From Vulcanimicrobiota bacterium (lineage in GTDB: Bacteria; Vulcanimicrobiota; Vulcanimicrobiia; Vulcanimicrobiales; Vulcanimicrobiaceae): 64,000 nt of DNA. Below the pieces are notes generated by a model. That model did no database searches. It saw only the letters and a list, made by a program, of their open reading frames with translations, and was not told the DNA's origin. A program made the position numbers and the translations under genes. Location: assembly GCA_963812155.1 (NCBI GenBank), contig CAWETW010000003.1:448001-512000 (forward strand), in the 5' to 3' direction. Of the stretch, positions 38,564-48,770 are shown in pieces. Numbering within the stretch: position 1 is the first letter of the stretch; each line of letters starts with the position of its first letter.

Positions 38564-40641
38564 CGCAACCGCTGATCGGCGCTCCATACGATCGCGTCGA
38601 AGGGCCGGCCAAGGTCACGGGCGAGGCGCGCTACACCGCCGATACTCCGCTTGCCGGTCTCGTCCATGCGGTCGTCGTGCCGAGCACGATTGCCGGCGGT
38701 TCGATCGTCGCGATCGACGAACGCGAGGCGCGCGCGGCGGCCGGCGTGATCGAGATCGTGACGCACCATAATGCACCGCGCGTCAATCAAGCAAAGTCGG
38801 GGGAGAACGATGCGAACCTATTTTTGTTGCAAAACGATCGCATCGAGTTCGATCGCCAACCGGTAGCGGTCGTCGTCGCGAATAGCTTCGAGGAGGCAAC
38901 CCATGCCGCGGCGCTCGTGCGCGTCGAGTATCGCACCGATCCGCCGCAGCTCGATCTCGACGTTGCGACCCGCTACGTCCCGAAAGAAATCTTCGGACGC
39001 CCGGCCACCCACCAGCGCGGCGATCCGGACCGCGCCTTCGCGGCGGCGCCGGTGCGGGTTGACAACGTCTATCGCACGCCCACGGAACACCACAATCCGA
39101 TGGAGACGCACAACACCATCGCGCAGTGGAACGGCGAGCACCTCACGCTGCACGATTCGAGCCAGTGGGCCTTCGGCGTCCGCGACCGGATGGCGGAGAT
39201 CTTCGGCATTTCGCCCGAGCTAGTACGCGTCATCGTGCCGTACGTCGGAGGCGCCTTCGGTTCGAAAGGGCGGCCGTGGTCGCACGTGGCGCTGGCCGCA
39301 ATGGCGGCAAAGCTCGTGAACCGGCCCGTCAAGTTAGTCGTGACGCGCCCGCAGATGTTCGGGTGGGTCGGTCATCGTCCGCAGACGCAGCAACACGTTG
39401 CGCTTGGCGCGCAGCGTGACGGGCAACTGCTCAGCGTGACGCACGACGTGCTCGACGAGACGAGCCTCTCCGACGAGTACGTCGAACCGTGCGGCGTCTT
39501 TAGCCGCGATCTCTATGCGGTCGAGAACTACGCCATGTCGCACCAGCTGGCGCGATTGAACATCGCCAAGCCGACATTTCAGCGCGGTCCCGGCGAAGCG
39601 ACGGGATCGTTTGCGATGGAGTCCGCGATGGACGAACTGGCGTACGAGCTGCGGCTCGATCCGCTGGACCTGCGGGTGCGGAATTACGCGGAGACGGATC
39701 CCGACACGGGACGTCCGTTCAGCAGTAACCATCTGCGCGAGTGTTACCGGCGCGCGTCGGAGCGTTTCGAGTGGGGGCGCCGCACGCCGGAGCCGCGCTC
39801 GATGCGCCGGGGACGACTGCTGCTCGGTCTCGGCATGGCGACGGCATCGCGTTCCGTTTATCGCACCGATGCCAGCGCGCGTATCGCAGCGAACCCGGAC
39901 GGCACGATCGTCGTGGCGTGCGGAACGATCGAACAGGGGTGCGGTTCGCCAACCGTGTACGCGCAGCTGGCCGCCGAAATTCTCGAGGTGCCGTTCGAGC
40001 GCGTCCGCTTCGAGTTCGGCGATACGAACCTTCCGCAAGCGCCGCTGGCCGCGGGCTCGCAAACGTCGGGCAGCGTGGGATCCGTCGTCGTCAAAGCCGC
40101 TCAGACGTTGCGCGCGCGACTCGACGCACTCGGCGGCGCAGTGCCGTCCGGCGGCCTGACGTTCGAGGTCACCGACGCACCGGACGAAGAGGAGGAGCGT
40201 TATGCGACGCAAGCGTTTGGCGCACAGTTTGCCGAGGTCGAAGTCGATCCCGATCTCGGCGAGGTTCGCGTCACGCGCTGGGTCGGCGCGTTCGACGGCG
40301 GACGCATTCTCAACGCGAAGACGGCCAACAGCCAGTTCGTCGGAGGGATCGTGTGGGGCATCAGCATGGCGCTCTTCGAAAAGACGCGTTACGATGCACG
40401 TACGGCGCGCATCATGAATGCGAACTTGGCGGAGTATCTCGTTCCGACCAATGCGGATATTCCGAGCCCCGACGTCATCGTCATCGAGGCGGACGATCCG
40501 CACGTCAATCCGGCAGGCGTGAAGGGAATCGGCGAGGTGAGCATCACCGGTGCCGCGGCCGCGGTGGCCAATGCCGTCTATCACGCAACCGGAGTGCGCG
40601 TTCGAGAGCTTCCGATTACACCGGATAAACTCTTGGCGTGA
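38560..40641 (+). CDS. paoC: Molybdopterin-binding subunit (PaoC/YagR-like)
   Basis: KVTGEARY, HNPMETH, VGGAFGSKG, RGPGE, FAMESAMDELA, GGIVWGI, KGIGEV, ANAVYHATGVRVRELPITPDKLL. Confidence 0.92.
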   Translation: MTQPLIGAPYDRVEGPAKVTGEARYTADTPLAGLVHAVVVPSTIAGGSIVAIDEREARAAAGVIEIVTHHNAPRVNQAKSGENDANLFLLQNDRIEFDRQPVAVVVANSFEEATHAAALVRVEYRTDPPQLDLDVATRYVPKEIFGRPATHQRGDPDRAFAAAPVRVDNVYRTPTEHHNPMETHNTIAQWNGEHLTLHDSSQWAFGVRDRMAEIFGISPELVRVIVPYVGGAFGSKGRPWSHVALAAMAAKLVNRPVKLVVTRPQMFGWVGHRPQTQQHVALGAQRDGQLLSVTHDVLDETSLSDEYVEPCGVFSRDLYAVENYAMSHQLARLNIAKPTFQRGPGEATGSFAMESAMDELAYELRLDPLDLRVRNYAETDPDTGRPFSSNHLRECYRRASERFEWGRRTPEPRSMRRGRLLLGLGMATASRSVYRTDASARIAANPDGTIVVACGTIEQGCGSPTVYAQLAAEILEVPFERVRFEFGDTNLPQAPLAAGSQTSGSVGSVVVKAAQTLRARLDALGGAVPSGGLTFEVTDAPDEEEERYATQAFGAQFAEVEVDPDLGEVRVTRWVGAFDGGRILNAKTANSQFVGGIVWGISMALFEKTRYDARTARIMNANLAEYLVPTNADIPSPDVIVIEADDPHVNPAGVKGIGEVSITGAAAAVANAVYHATGVRVRELPITPDKLLA

Positions 40642-40680
40642 GGCCGTAGGAATGTGCGCGCATCTTCGGTACGACGGCCG

Positions 40681-40719
40681 AAAAGAAAAACGGGCCGCCG
40701 CAAGGCGCCCGCTTTCTTT
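40681..40719. terminator. Probable bidirectional intrinsic terminator between paoC and the convergent gene
   Basis: A-rich flank, CGGG..CGCC-GCAA-GGCG-CCCG stem, T-rich flank. Confidence 0.6.
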
Positions 40720-40735
40720 ATACGGGGTGTCTCCG

Positions 40736-41053
40736 TTAATGCGGCGGAGGCGTCGCCATTTTGGCGCCCATTGACATTGCTTGCGACTTGCACATGAGTT
40801 TGACGTGATTCTTCTGCATCATCGCGGCCTTCTCGCTCGGCGTCATTCCCGCCGACTTGGCCTGCATCTGCGACTGCGTCATGTACATCTTCGTCATCAT
40901 GTTGACGCCGACGACCGAGTCGCCGGACGCGCACTTCGGCATCGCCATTGACGACATGCTGCCGCTCTGCATGCTGCCGGTCTGTGCGACCGCCGCTTGC
41001 ATACCGGCGAGCAGTAGGCCGGCCACCAGGGCCAATCCCACTAAGTTCTTCAT
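40736..41053 (-). CDS. Small secreted Met-rich hypothetical protein
   Basis: AGGAGG RBS, signal peptide, very Met-rich, two Cys. Confidence 0.75.
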   Translation of the reverse strand: MKNLVGLALVAGLLLAGMQAAVAQTGSMQSGSMSSMAMPKCASGDSVVGVNMMTKMYMTQSQMQAKSAGMTPSEKAAMMQKNHVKLMCKSQAMSMGAKMATPPPH

Positions 41054-41153
41054 TAAGAGACCTCCTAAAGATTACGGTGCTGGAAGCATCGGGGCTTCTA
41101 GGGCTGTAACGCCGCGGCTACGATTTTGGATGATACCGTGGTAATGCCGTACG

Positions 41154-42378
41154 CTACCGGCCCCCGGTCAGCGAGAAGACCGTTCCCGCGTTGTTCTCGC
41201 CGCCATGCGCCGTCGTGCCGTAGAGTGTGCCGTCGTAAAAGAGGAGCTTCGCCACGGGCAGCTGGCCGTCGGGCAGCGGTCCGAAGCTGTGGAGCACGGT
41301 TTCTTTGCCGTGCTGGTCGATTTTGTAGAACGTGCCGTGTCCGGTGCCGCCACCGCCGTGTGTCGTTCCGTAGAGCACGGTTCCGTTGACGAGGATCGGC
41401 GGCGACAACGGGGCGGCTCCATCGCCGTTCTCCGATCCGCGAAACGCGTGGACAATGTGATAGTCGCCCGCCGGCGTGATCGAAAAAACGACGCCGTGGT
41501 CGTGCGGACCGCCGGCCTTGGTCACGCCGTACAACATGTCGTTGAACGCCACAAGGCCGCCAGCCGGGTCGGCACCGTCCGCACCGTCGAAGCTGCGCAG
41601 AACCTTTTCGCTTCCTTTGACCGTTACCTCAAAGATCGTGCCCATGTTATGAGCGCCACCTTTTTCGGTGACGCCGTAGAGTATGCGATGGAGCTCCGCG
41701 AGGTCGCCGACCGGAGAGTTGCCGTCATCAGGAGGCCCAGCGAAGCGATAGATCACCTTTTCATCTCCGCTGCTCAGCACGGAAAACACGGTACCGAAAC
41801 CGGAACCGCCCTGTGACGTCGTTCCATAAAAACCAATATTTCCGGTGGCAATGAGCCCGCCACGCGGATGCGCTCCATCGGTACGACCGGGACTACGGCC
41901 GGCAAACGAGTACAGCGTCTTCTCCGTCCCTTCGGGCGACACAGTGTAGACGGTGCCGCATCCGCGCGTCGCACACTGGTCCGTGCCACCATAAACCGTC
42001 GTGCCGTAGAGCGGCGCCGTGTGCGGCGACAAGGTCACCCTCCGGCGCGCCGCCGTCGGGCGATCCGGAAAACCGGTAGAGCACCGTCTCGGTGCCGGTC
42101 GGTGTCACCGAGTAGACCGTGCCGCAGTTTTGACAGGAAGGGTCATCGTTCTGTCCGCCTGCCTCCGTCGTTCCGTACAGCGTTCCGTTTAGCCACACGA
42201 GTGCCGTCGTCGGACGAGCGCCGTCAGGCGAGCCGGCAAAGCTGTAGAGCGTGCGATAACCGATGCTACTGCTAAGGCCGGACGCCTTGTCCGGCAAAGA
42301 GAGCGGGGGTGCAAGACTTGAACCCCGGGCGCATCCGGATATGACGATTGCAAAAACGACAAATACAACTGCTCGCAT
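41154..42378 (-). CDS. Tandem-repeat (GloVer/TIGR03803-like) beta-propeller lipoprotein (frameshift near 42040)
   Basis: Lipobox ISGC; repeated LYSF.G.PDGA.P...L....G.LYGTT..GG....GTVF units in both frames. Confidence 0.85.
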
Positions 42379-42874
42379 CGAAACGTCGTTCGACTTCCGA
42401 GCGCGCAATACTGCGCGATCGCCGCCGGTTAAGCGGCGTTCGCGCCGAACAATATCCAACTTACACAGGTTATCGTCGGCGCGGGAGCAGTGCGATTAGA
42501 CCGTCTGATTGACGACGTCGGTCTCCCCGATACGGTCAATCGTGAGGCCGTACGGCCGTAGCCGAGTTGCGCTTCCCGCGATCGAGTAGAGCGGTGCAGC
42601 GTTGCCGTTAGCGTCCTTCGCACAGATGCGACACCTCCGGCATTGCTGCTTCTGCCGCGGTGGAGACGAAGATGACCCCGCGCGTGGAGGGCGACGCCGC
42701 TCGGAGTCTCCAACTTCGTCGCCAGACCGGCGCTACGAATCGGCGCGATGTTGCCACTTGACATGCGGGCCAACTACGGTCAGTGCCCATTGAAGAGGGA
42801 TGCATTGGGATCAACACGCAATGAACATGCTAAAGACATCCGTTTCTCATCCCCTCGCCCACTGGAATCGATTA

Positions 42875-45396
42875 ATGAATTTTTCTGGCTTCGCTGACGT
42901 TGCTCCCGTGCCGCAATCGGATGACCCAATAAGACTCTTTGACGAAGCCCCAAAGCCTCCGGGCATAAACGACCTGTACAAATCGCAAGCTGAGGTGCTC
43001 GACCTTTGGTACAGAAACCAACGGCGCGACACGGTCGTAAAGCTGCACACGGGAGGCGGAAAAACATTAGTCGGGCTGCTTATGGCCAAATCGATGCTCG
43101 TCAAGAGCCAGAAGCCCGTTCTTTACCTGTGCTCCGAATAACCAGCTAGTTGATCAGACACTAGCCAAAGCTTCACTTTACAGCATTCAGGCTGTCTCTT
43201 ACCCGGCTCGTAATTTCCCTGCGGCGTTTGAGAATGCGGAAGCGATTATGATCGCAAACTATGACACCCTGTTTAACGGTGAGAGTCGCTTTGGTACTTC
43301 GGATGGTAGGAAGCCTATCGTTGATCTCGGCGGCCTAATCGTAGACGATGCACATGTCGCATTTTCAGATCTAAGAGACGCTTTTACGTACACTGCCAAG
43401 GCTGACACAGAAAACGACTTGTTTCGTGAACTCGCGAGCATTTTTCGCGAAAACTTCAATGCAATAGGCAAGCTCGGCACCTTCGAAGACATTATGTCAC
43501 ACAATACTGCGACAGTGCTTGAGGTCCCATATTGGGCTTGGAAATCGAAAGAGAACCGGGTCCGCGATCTCATAAGTTCACAAAAGGCAAAAGACAACTC
43601 CGGAAAACTTATTGATGCTGAACTTTTTTTTAAGTGGCCATTCCTACGAGATCAGCTTTCGGCTTCTCACGCGCTTGTATCTCAGCGTGGGTTCACTATC
43701 ACTCCCATATTACCGTTGGTTGACGAAGTGCCGAGCTACTCCGAGTGTCCGCGCCGCGTATTTATGTCGGCCACGGTTAATGATGACTCAACGTTAATTA
43801 AAACGTCGAAATTGGAACCGGACTACTTAACAGCAGCAGCACCCGGGCGCGACCGGCATCGCAGAACGCTTTATTGTGGCGCCTGCATTTACTCCGAACT
43901 TTGAACTTAGCTATGAGGCGGCGACGAAAGCTGTCGCTGACTACGTTGCAAAAGTTCGTGATCGCGGGGTAGTTGTGCTCGCGCCTTCAAGTGACAAGGC
44001 CAAGACATGGGAGCCGCTCGCGGACATTGTAAGTGGCAACGAAAAGGTGATTGCCACGATCAGAGACCTCAACAATGGAGTAACTCGCGGGCCAGTTGTG
44101 TTCCTTAACCGTTACGATGGTCTCGACTTGCCCGAGAACGCCTGTCGCCTTGTAATCCTTTGGGAGCTTCCCGTTGGAACGAGCGATTATGAGCAATACC
44201 GTGCAGCGATGTTGCATGGCGGAGAGGAGATTGCGGCTTCCACAGCTCGTACGATAGAGCAAGGAATGGGTCGCGGAGCACGTGGTGCAAGCGATTATTG
44301 CGTGGTGGTATTTGCGGGTCGTTCCCTAGAAAGCTCGATTGGGAAAAAGTCTAACCTTCGTCACTTATCTATTGCCACGCGAAATTCAGATCGAGATCGG
44401 AAGAGGCGTCGCCTCGGATATTAGATCATTTGATAGCTTGAAATCGGCTATTGACTCTGTCTTGGATAGGGACAAGCGATGGGGTTACGGGGCACGCGTC
44501 GAGGTTATCGGTGGAGCTTGAACGGGCGTCGCAAGAAGCTAACGATACGACCCAGGCGCTCGAGGAGCGCGTAGCTTTTAGTCGACTTAGCAGAAGACAT
44601 TTTCGTGAAGGTCAACGCGCCTACGAAGAGCTTGCGTCAAAAACTGGAGATCCACGACTGACAGCGTGGTATCTTCAAATCGCAGCTCGCTGCGCGCTCT
44701 GCGATGGCGATGACGTAACAGCAGAAAAGTTACAAGAGCGATGCGAATGCATCTAATGATCGCTTCCCGCGCCCTCTAAAAAACCGGCGCTACATGCCTT
44801 TAACTGCGCCGACAGATCAGAGCAGAGCCGTATGGTCAATTCTTGAGGAGCACGATCCGCCATTGAGTGTCCTGGCTAGTTTCGATGAGGATTTGGCAAA
44901 TCTGAACTCCCAGGCCTCGTCAAATCAGTTTGAACAGGCATTGGCTCATTCAGGTAGATACTTGGGCTTCGCGGCGCAGCGCCCTGAAAAGACGGATAGG
45001 ATTGGGCCGGATGTTTTGTGGCTTGCCCAAGGCCGTGGATTTGTGTTGGAAGCCAAGAGCCGGAAGTTTGAGAAAAACAAAGTGGCCAAAGATGATGTAA
45101 AGCAGCTACTCACTGCTGGGACGTGGTTTGAGACCAAATATCCTGGGGTGCCGTACACGCATGCAATCGTAGCTCCAAATCCTACGGCGGAAACCAATTT
45201 TGAGCCGGGTTCATGCCAAGTACTTAGTATGTCAAAGCTGATAGAGATGGTCGCCGCTCTGCGAGCGCTCTATGAAGAGGTCGCAAAACGAAGCGAAGCG
45301 ACTTCCAGTCTTTCCCCAGCAGATCGCCGCTGCACTTCAGTTCAGCAGCTTTTTGCCCAAATCGTCTTACCGGATATTTTGTTCCGCTTTCAGTAA
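42875..45396 (+). pseudogene. SF2 (DinG/Rad3-like) helicase fused to a C-terminal PD-(D/E)xK nuclease, Hna-like; split by several frameshifts
   Basis: Fragments read LYKSQAEVL, KLHTGGGKT, VDDAH, FMSAT, NRYDGLDLP, IEQGMGRGAR, then QFEQAL..GF...RPE...GPDVLW..FVLEAKS. The joined span is ~2.5 kb (~840 codons). Confidence 0.75.
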
Positions 45397-45559
45397 CGCG
45401 GTCTTAGCAACGGTTAAGAAAGCATCGGAGACCAATGGCTTGCAGAAGTCAGGTCTCGAAATAGGTACTCGACGTATAAGCAGCGCGAGCCTGTCATTAG
45501 GAATCATATCAACCCAACGCTTGGCGGCATTCCCCCCGCTAATCTGAGCCCGTACCATG

Positions 45560-46281
45560 TAGTTACCTTGGTGGATAGACTCGGAGAAATGGGACAGGCA
45601 ATCGTACCGTTCAAACCGCCTTTATTGTACTTCAGGCCGCATTTCAGTCCGGCTTGATTCCAACGAATCCCTGCCACGGTTGTTCCAAGTCCCGAACTGA
45701 GCGGAGGCCACCAATCATTTTGGACGACCGACGAAGCGCTCAGATTCTTGGACGCTGCGCTCGACACGATATTATGCATTGTTCCCTTTTGGCGATTACA
45801 ACTGGAATGCGCCAAGGTGAGATATTCAAGAATTCAATGGGAACACGTGAATCTTAAAAACAAATTCTTAAGCTTCGTCTTTAGTTTGGCGGAAAGGCCG
45901 AATGGTTTGACGCTATCCGAACCTAAGACTAGATCTAGCGTAAGGAGAGTCGAACTAACCGACGACGTACTTGCGGCAATGGACCGACTAAAAGCGAGGC
46001 GAGCTCACGGCTCCGTTTTCATGACCGATGACGGAAAGCCAATTCGAAAAAGCAAGTTCATCCGTCGAGTCTTCAGGCCAATAGTCAAGCAGGCGAACGT
46101 CGGAGACATTACTTTTCATGCTTTGAGGCACATCGCGAACCGCTTTCTATTGGCAGGTGGCATTAGTCCTAATGCAGTCGCGGGACGCATGGGGCCGACG
46201 ACGAGGATAACGCTAGATACCTACGGGACGTTATGGCCGGTGCGCAACGTGCGGCAGCTGAAAAGTTCAGGACTGGCTTAG
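45560..46281 (+). pseudogene. Truncated, frameshifted tyrosine integrase, paralogous to 47426-48547
   Basis: NPC, LLAITTGMRQGEIF, EPKTRSS.R, PIRKSKFIRRVFRP, ITFHALRH.AN, TLDTYG in shifting frames; N-terminus missing. Confidence 0.85.
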
Positions 46282-46292
46282 CACTTCTGGTT

Positions 46293-46313
46293 TGGTGGTC
46301 AAATGGTGGTCAA
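46293..46313. repeat. Tandem direct repeat TGGTGGTCAA x2 (11-bp period), candidate integrase arm-type sites
   Basis: 46293-46302 and 46304-46313, between the integrase remnant and the att core. Confidence 0.6.
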
Positions 46314-46386
46314 GGAAGTAGCCATCGCCACGGATCTTCCAAATGCAAAAACACCAAGACTCTTTACAGAGTAAGGCGTTTTCGAT

Positions 46387-46431
46387 TGGTGGAGATGCGG
46401 GGACTCGAACCCCGGACCCCTTACATGCGAA
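46387..46431 (-). repeat. att site: 45-bp perfect duplication of the tRNA-Ala 3' half
   Basis: TGGTGGAGATGCGGGGACTCGAACCCCGGACCCCTTACATGCGAA is identical to 51040-51084. Confidence 0.97.
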
Positions 46432-46578
46432 TGAAAACGCCGATCGCAGCGAAGGCTGCGTACGCACAAAAATGCCCATTTCCCCTTCGCTGCGCAGTGT
46501 TTTCGGGGTTGGAACTCGTCCGCTAATAAGCGCGCTTTCCCGAGCGTCCGCACGAAACTGTCGTAAGGTTGTCGTAGC

Positions 46579-47025
46579 CTACGGCCGAGCTCGGGTGGGG
46601 TCGGACGCGTTGCGGGGGCGCCCCCCTTTAGCACCGTTGATGCGTGCGGCTCTCGCCTTAGCCTCCGTCGTGGCGGCGCCGGCGTGGCGGGCAAGCTCGG
46701 ACATCCACTTTCTGCCGCCGTAGATGCCGTGAAGTAGCGATGCGATCGTGAAGTCCGCATCGAGATCGGGCCAACTCACAGCGGTGCCACGGCCGGAGAC
46801 ACAGGCATTTCGGAGCTGCGACGGCGAGGCGTCGTCCAGGCCCTGTAGGAGCTGCCTTGGGATGGCGAGGGACGCTCCGTTGTTCATTTCCACGATAACG
46901 CGGTTGCGCGTTGGAAGGTAACGAACGGAAATTGCAAGTGGCTCCGTTGCGAGGCGCCGATCACGGCGTCGAAAGGCGGCATCGATCTCCGCGTTTGTAA
47001 GGTGGCGACGTTTTGTAGTCCTCAT
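46579..47025 (-). CDS. DUF2442-domain protein (putative antitoxin)
   Basis: L.NG..LAIP...LQGL..A...QL....G.A..WP.LDAD....LL.GIYG...WM; C-terminal EAKARAARINGAKGGRPR. Confidence 0.85.
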   Translation of the reverse strand: MRTTKRRHLTNAEIDAAFRRRDRRLATEPLAISVRYLPTRNRVIVEMNNGASLAIPRQLLQGLDDASPSQLRNACVSGRGTAVSWPDLDADFTIASLLHGIYGGRKWMSELARHAGAATTEAKARAARINGAKGGRPRNASDPTRARP

Positions 47026-47270
47026 CAGCAATATGTTTCCCAGAGTTCCTCGAGTTCTCTAATGTGTTCCGTTACGAGCTCCTCGGCTTCGCGAACCTGA
47101 GCCCGCGTCAGTTGCCGATCGGCCTCGCGAAGCGTTATTGTTCCGTCCGTGTTGAGCCGAAACACGGCTTCCGCCGCACCGGCAGTGCCGTGGCGGGCAT
47201 GGACGTGCCTTGGCTCATGGTCACCTGGAATTACGACAAGTCGCCAGCCCCGGGCGGGTAACGACGGCAT
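47025..47270 (-). CDS. DUF4160-domain protein (putative toxin)
   Basis: MP..GWRLVV.PGDHEPRHVHA...LEELWE; stop overlaps the DUF2442 start. Confidence 0.85.
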   Translation of the reverse strand: MPSLPARGWRLVVIPGDHEPRHVHARHGTAGAAEAVFRLNTDGTITLREADRQLTRAQVREAEELVTEHIRELEELWETYC

Positions 47271-47425
47271 GCATTACTATAACCGAACGGTTGGGTTCTG
47301 ACAAGGGCATTCTTAGCCCGTCGCCACGGTAACCAGCGACGCCGTGCTTTCACCGTAGACATTTTGCGTGAATAGACTCTTCCGTGAGGCGTTGGCGATA
47401 TCGTGGCCGACGGCGAGCCGCGTAG

Positions 47426-48547
47426 ATGGCAACTCGGGGCCGCGGCGAGGGTACGATCTACCGGCGCAAGGACGGCCTTTTTGAAGGCAAGCTGTCCCTT
47501 AAGGCAGCCGACGGACGTGCCGTTCGCAAATCGTTCTACGGCAAGACGCGCAGCGATGTTGCGGCACGCATGCGAGAGTACGGCAACAAGCATGGAAACC
47601 GCGTCGAGGCGCCGCGCGAAACCCTCGCTTCGTTTCTTGAAAAGTATCTCGAAGCGTCCGACGTCCGGCCGAACACCTTCAGACTGCGCGCGCATTTCAT
47701 TCGCAAACACATCATTCCTCACATCGGGACGCATCTGCTGGCGGAACTGACGCCTGGCAACATTCGTTTGCTGGTGCAGCGCTGGAAGGAAAATGACATC
47801 GGCGCCGCTACGCAGCGCAGCGCATTCGTCACCCTATCGAGCGCGCTCAATCTCGCGATGCGCGAGGAGCAGATTGTCAGAAATCCCTGCGCAACCGTGC
47901 AGACGCCAAAAGCCAGGCGGCCGGAAGTCCCCGTGCTCGACGGACGGCAGGCAATGCAACTATTGAGCGTAGCGCGCGACCTCCACGAGCGCGCGCTTCT
48001 CGCATTGGCCATTACAACGGGAATGCGGCAGGGCGAGATTTTCGCTCTTTGGTGGGAGGATATCGATCTCGAAGCCGGCCGGTTGTCCATAAAAAAGACG
48101 TTGACCGAGGACCTCAGCGGTCGGCTGGTTCGCACGGATCCGAAAACGACCAAGTCGCGCCGCAGCATTCATCTCCCCAAGCTTGCGTTTCACGCGCTAT
48201 CGGCGCTGCGAGCCGAAGCCAGCGAACGTACCGGATTTGTGTTCAAGACTCCTGACGGCGGACCGCTGCGCAAGAGCAATTTCATCCGGCGTGTTTTTAA
48301 GCCGCTCCTCAACCTTGCAGGCCTGCCGAACGTGACATTCCACAGTCTGCGCCACACCGCGAACTCGCTGCTCATAGAGGCCGGCGAAGATCCCGTGGCT
48401 ATCGCGGGGGCGCTCGGTCACGCCGACACGCGCATGATGTTCGAGCGCTACGGGCACCTCTTCGATCACACGGCTCGTCGCGTCGCCGACACTACCGATC
48501 GCATCTTCGATCGGCTCCAGTCTGACCGTCCCGGGCGGGATCCATAG
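47426..48547 (+). CDS. int: Tyrosine recombinase/site-specific integrase
   Basis: RGRGEGTIYRRKDG N-terminus; TGMRQGEI (R), PKT (K), FHSLRHT (HxxR), LGH, YGH (catalytic Y). Confidence 0.96.
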   Translation: MATRGRGEGTIYRRKDGLFEGKLSLKAADGRAVRKSFYGKTRSDVAARMREYGNKHGNRVEAPRETLASFLEKYLEASDVRPNTFRLRAHFIRKHIIPHIGTHLLAELTPGNIRLLVQRWKENDIGAATQRSAFVTLSSALNLAMREEQIVRNPCATVQTPKARRPEVPVLDGRQAMQLLSVARDLHERALLALAITTGMRQGEIFALWWEDIDLEAGRLSIKKTLTEDLSGRLVRTDPKTTKSRRSIHLPKLAFHALSALRAEASERTGFVFKTPDGGPLRKSNFIRRVFKPLLNLAGLPNVTFHSLRHTANSLLIEAGEDPVAIAGALGHADTRMMFERYGHLFDHTARRVADTTDRIFDRLQSDRPGRDP

Positions 48548-48770
48548 TCGCGGTTTCGTTCCGTCTTGTTGAGACGTCGATCTCTCCAGTACATGCGGCT
48601 GAGGCGCTGTTCCCGTTCCGCCTCTCCGCATGTAGAGTTTGGAGTTAGCTGCTCGACGGAGATGGCGACGGGCGCAACGGCGGCCTTGCGTTTTGGAAGT
48701 ACGAACACGAGGGGCAAGTGTTTTCAAAATGCCATGCCGTACGGTGCCTAGCGCGTCGGCGGGCCCTCCT

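Larger units (their letters stand above)
42500..46431. mobile_element. Outer (probably older) integrative element/genomic island at tRNA-Ala; left border not defined
   Basis: Visibly lower GC from ~42800 to 46400; degraded integrase pointing at the att copy 46387-46431; carries a helicase-nuclease. Confidence 0.65.

Noticed and set aside
42659..42666. GGTGGAGA as the left att site of the outer island
   Set aside because: Only 8 nt match the tRNA end, which is compatible with chance. The border is left undefined.
42480..42820. Short ORFs and a GGAGAC..GTCTCC hairpin at the island edge
   Set aside because: No recognisable product and a weak stem; probably decayed island-border sequence.
46387..46431. 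Second tRNA gene
   Set aside because: Only the 3' 45 nt match; the D-arm and 5' acceptor strand are absent, so it is an att duplication.
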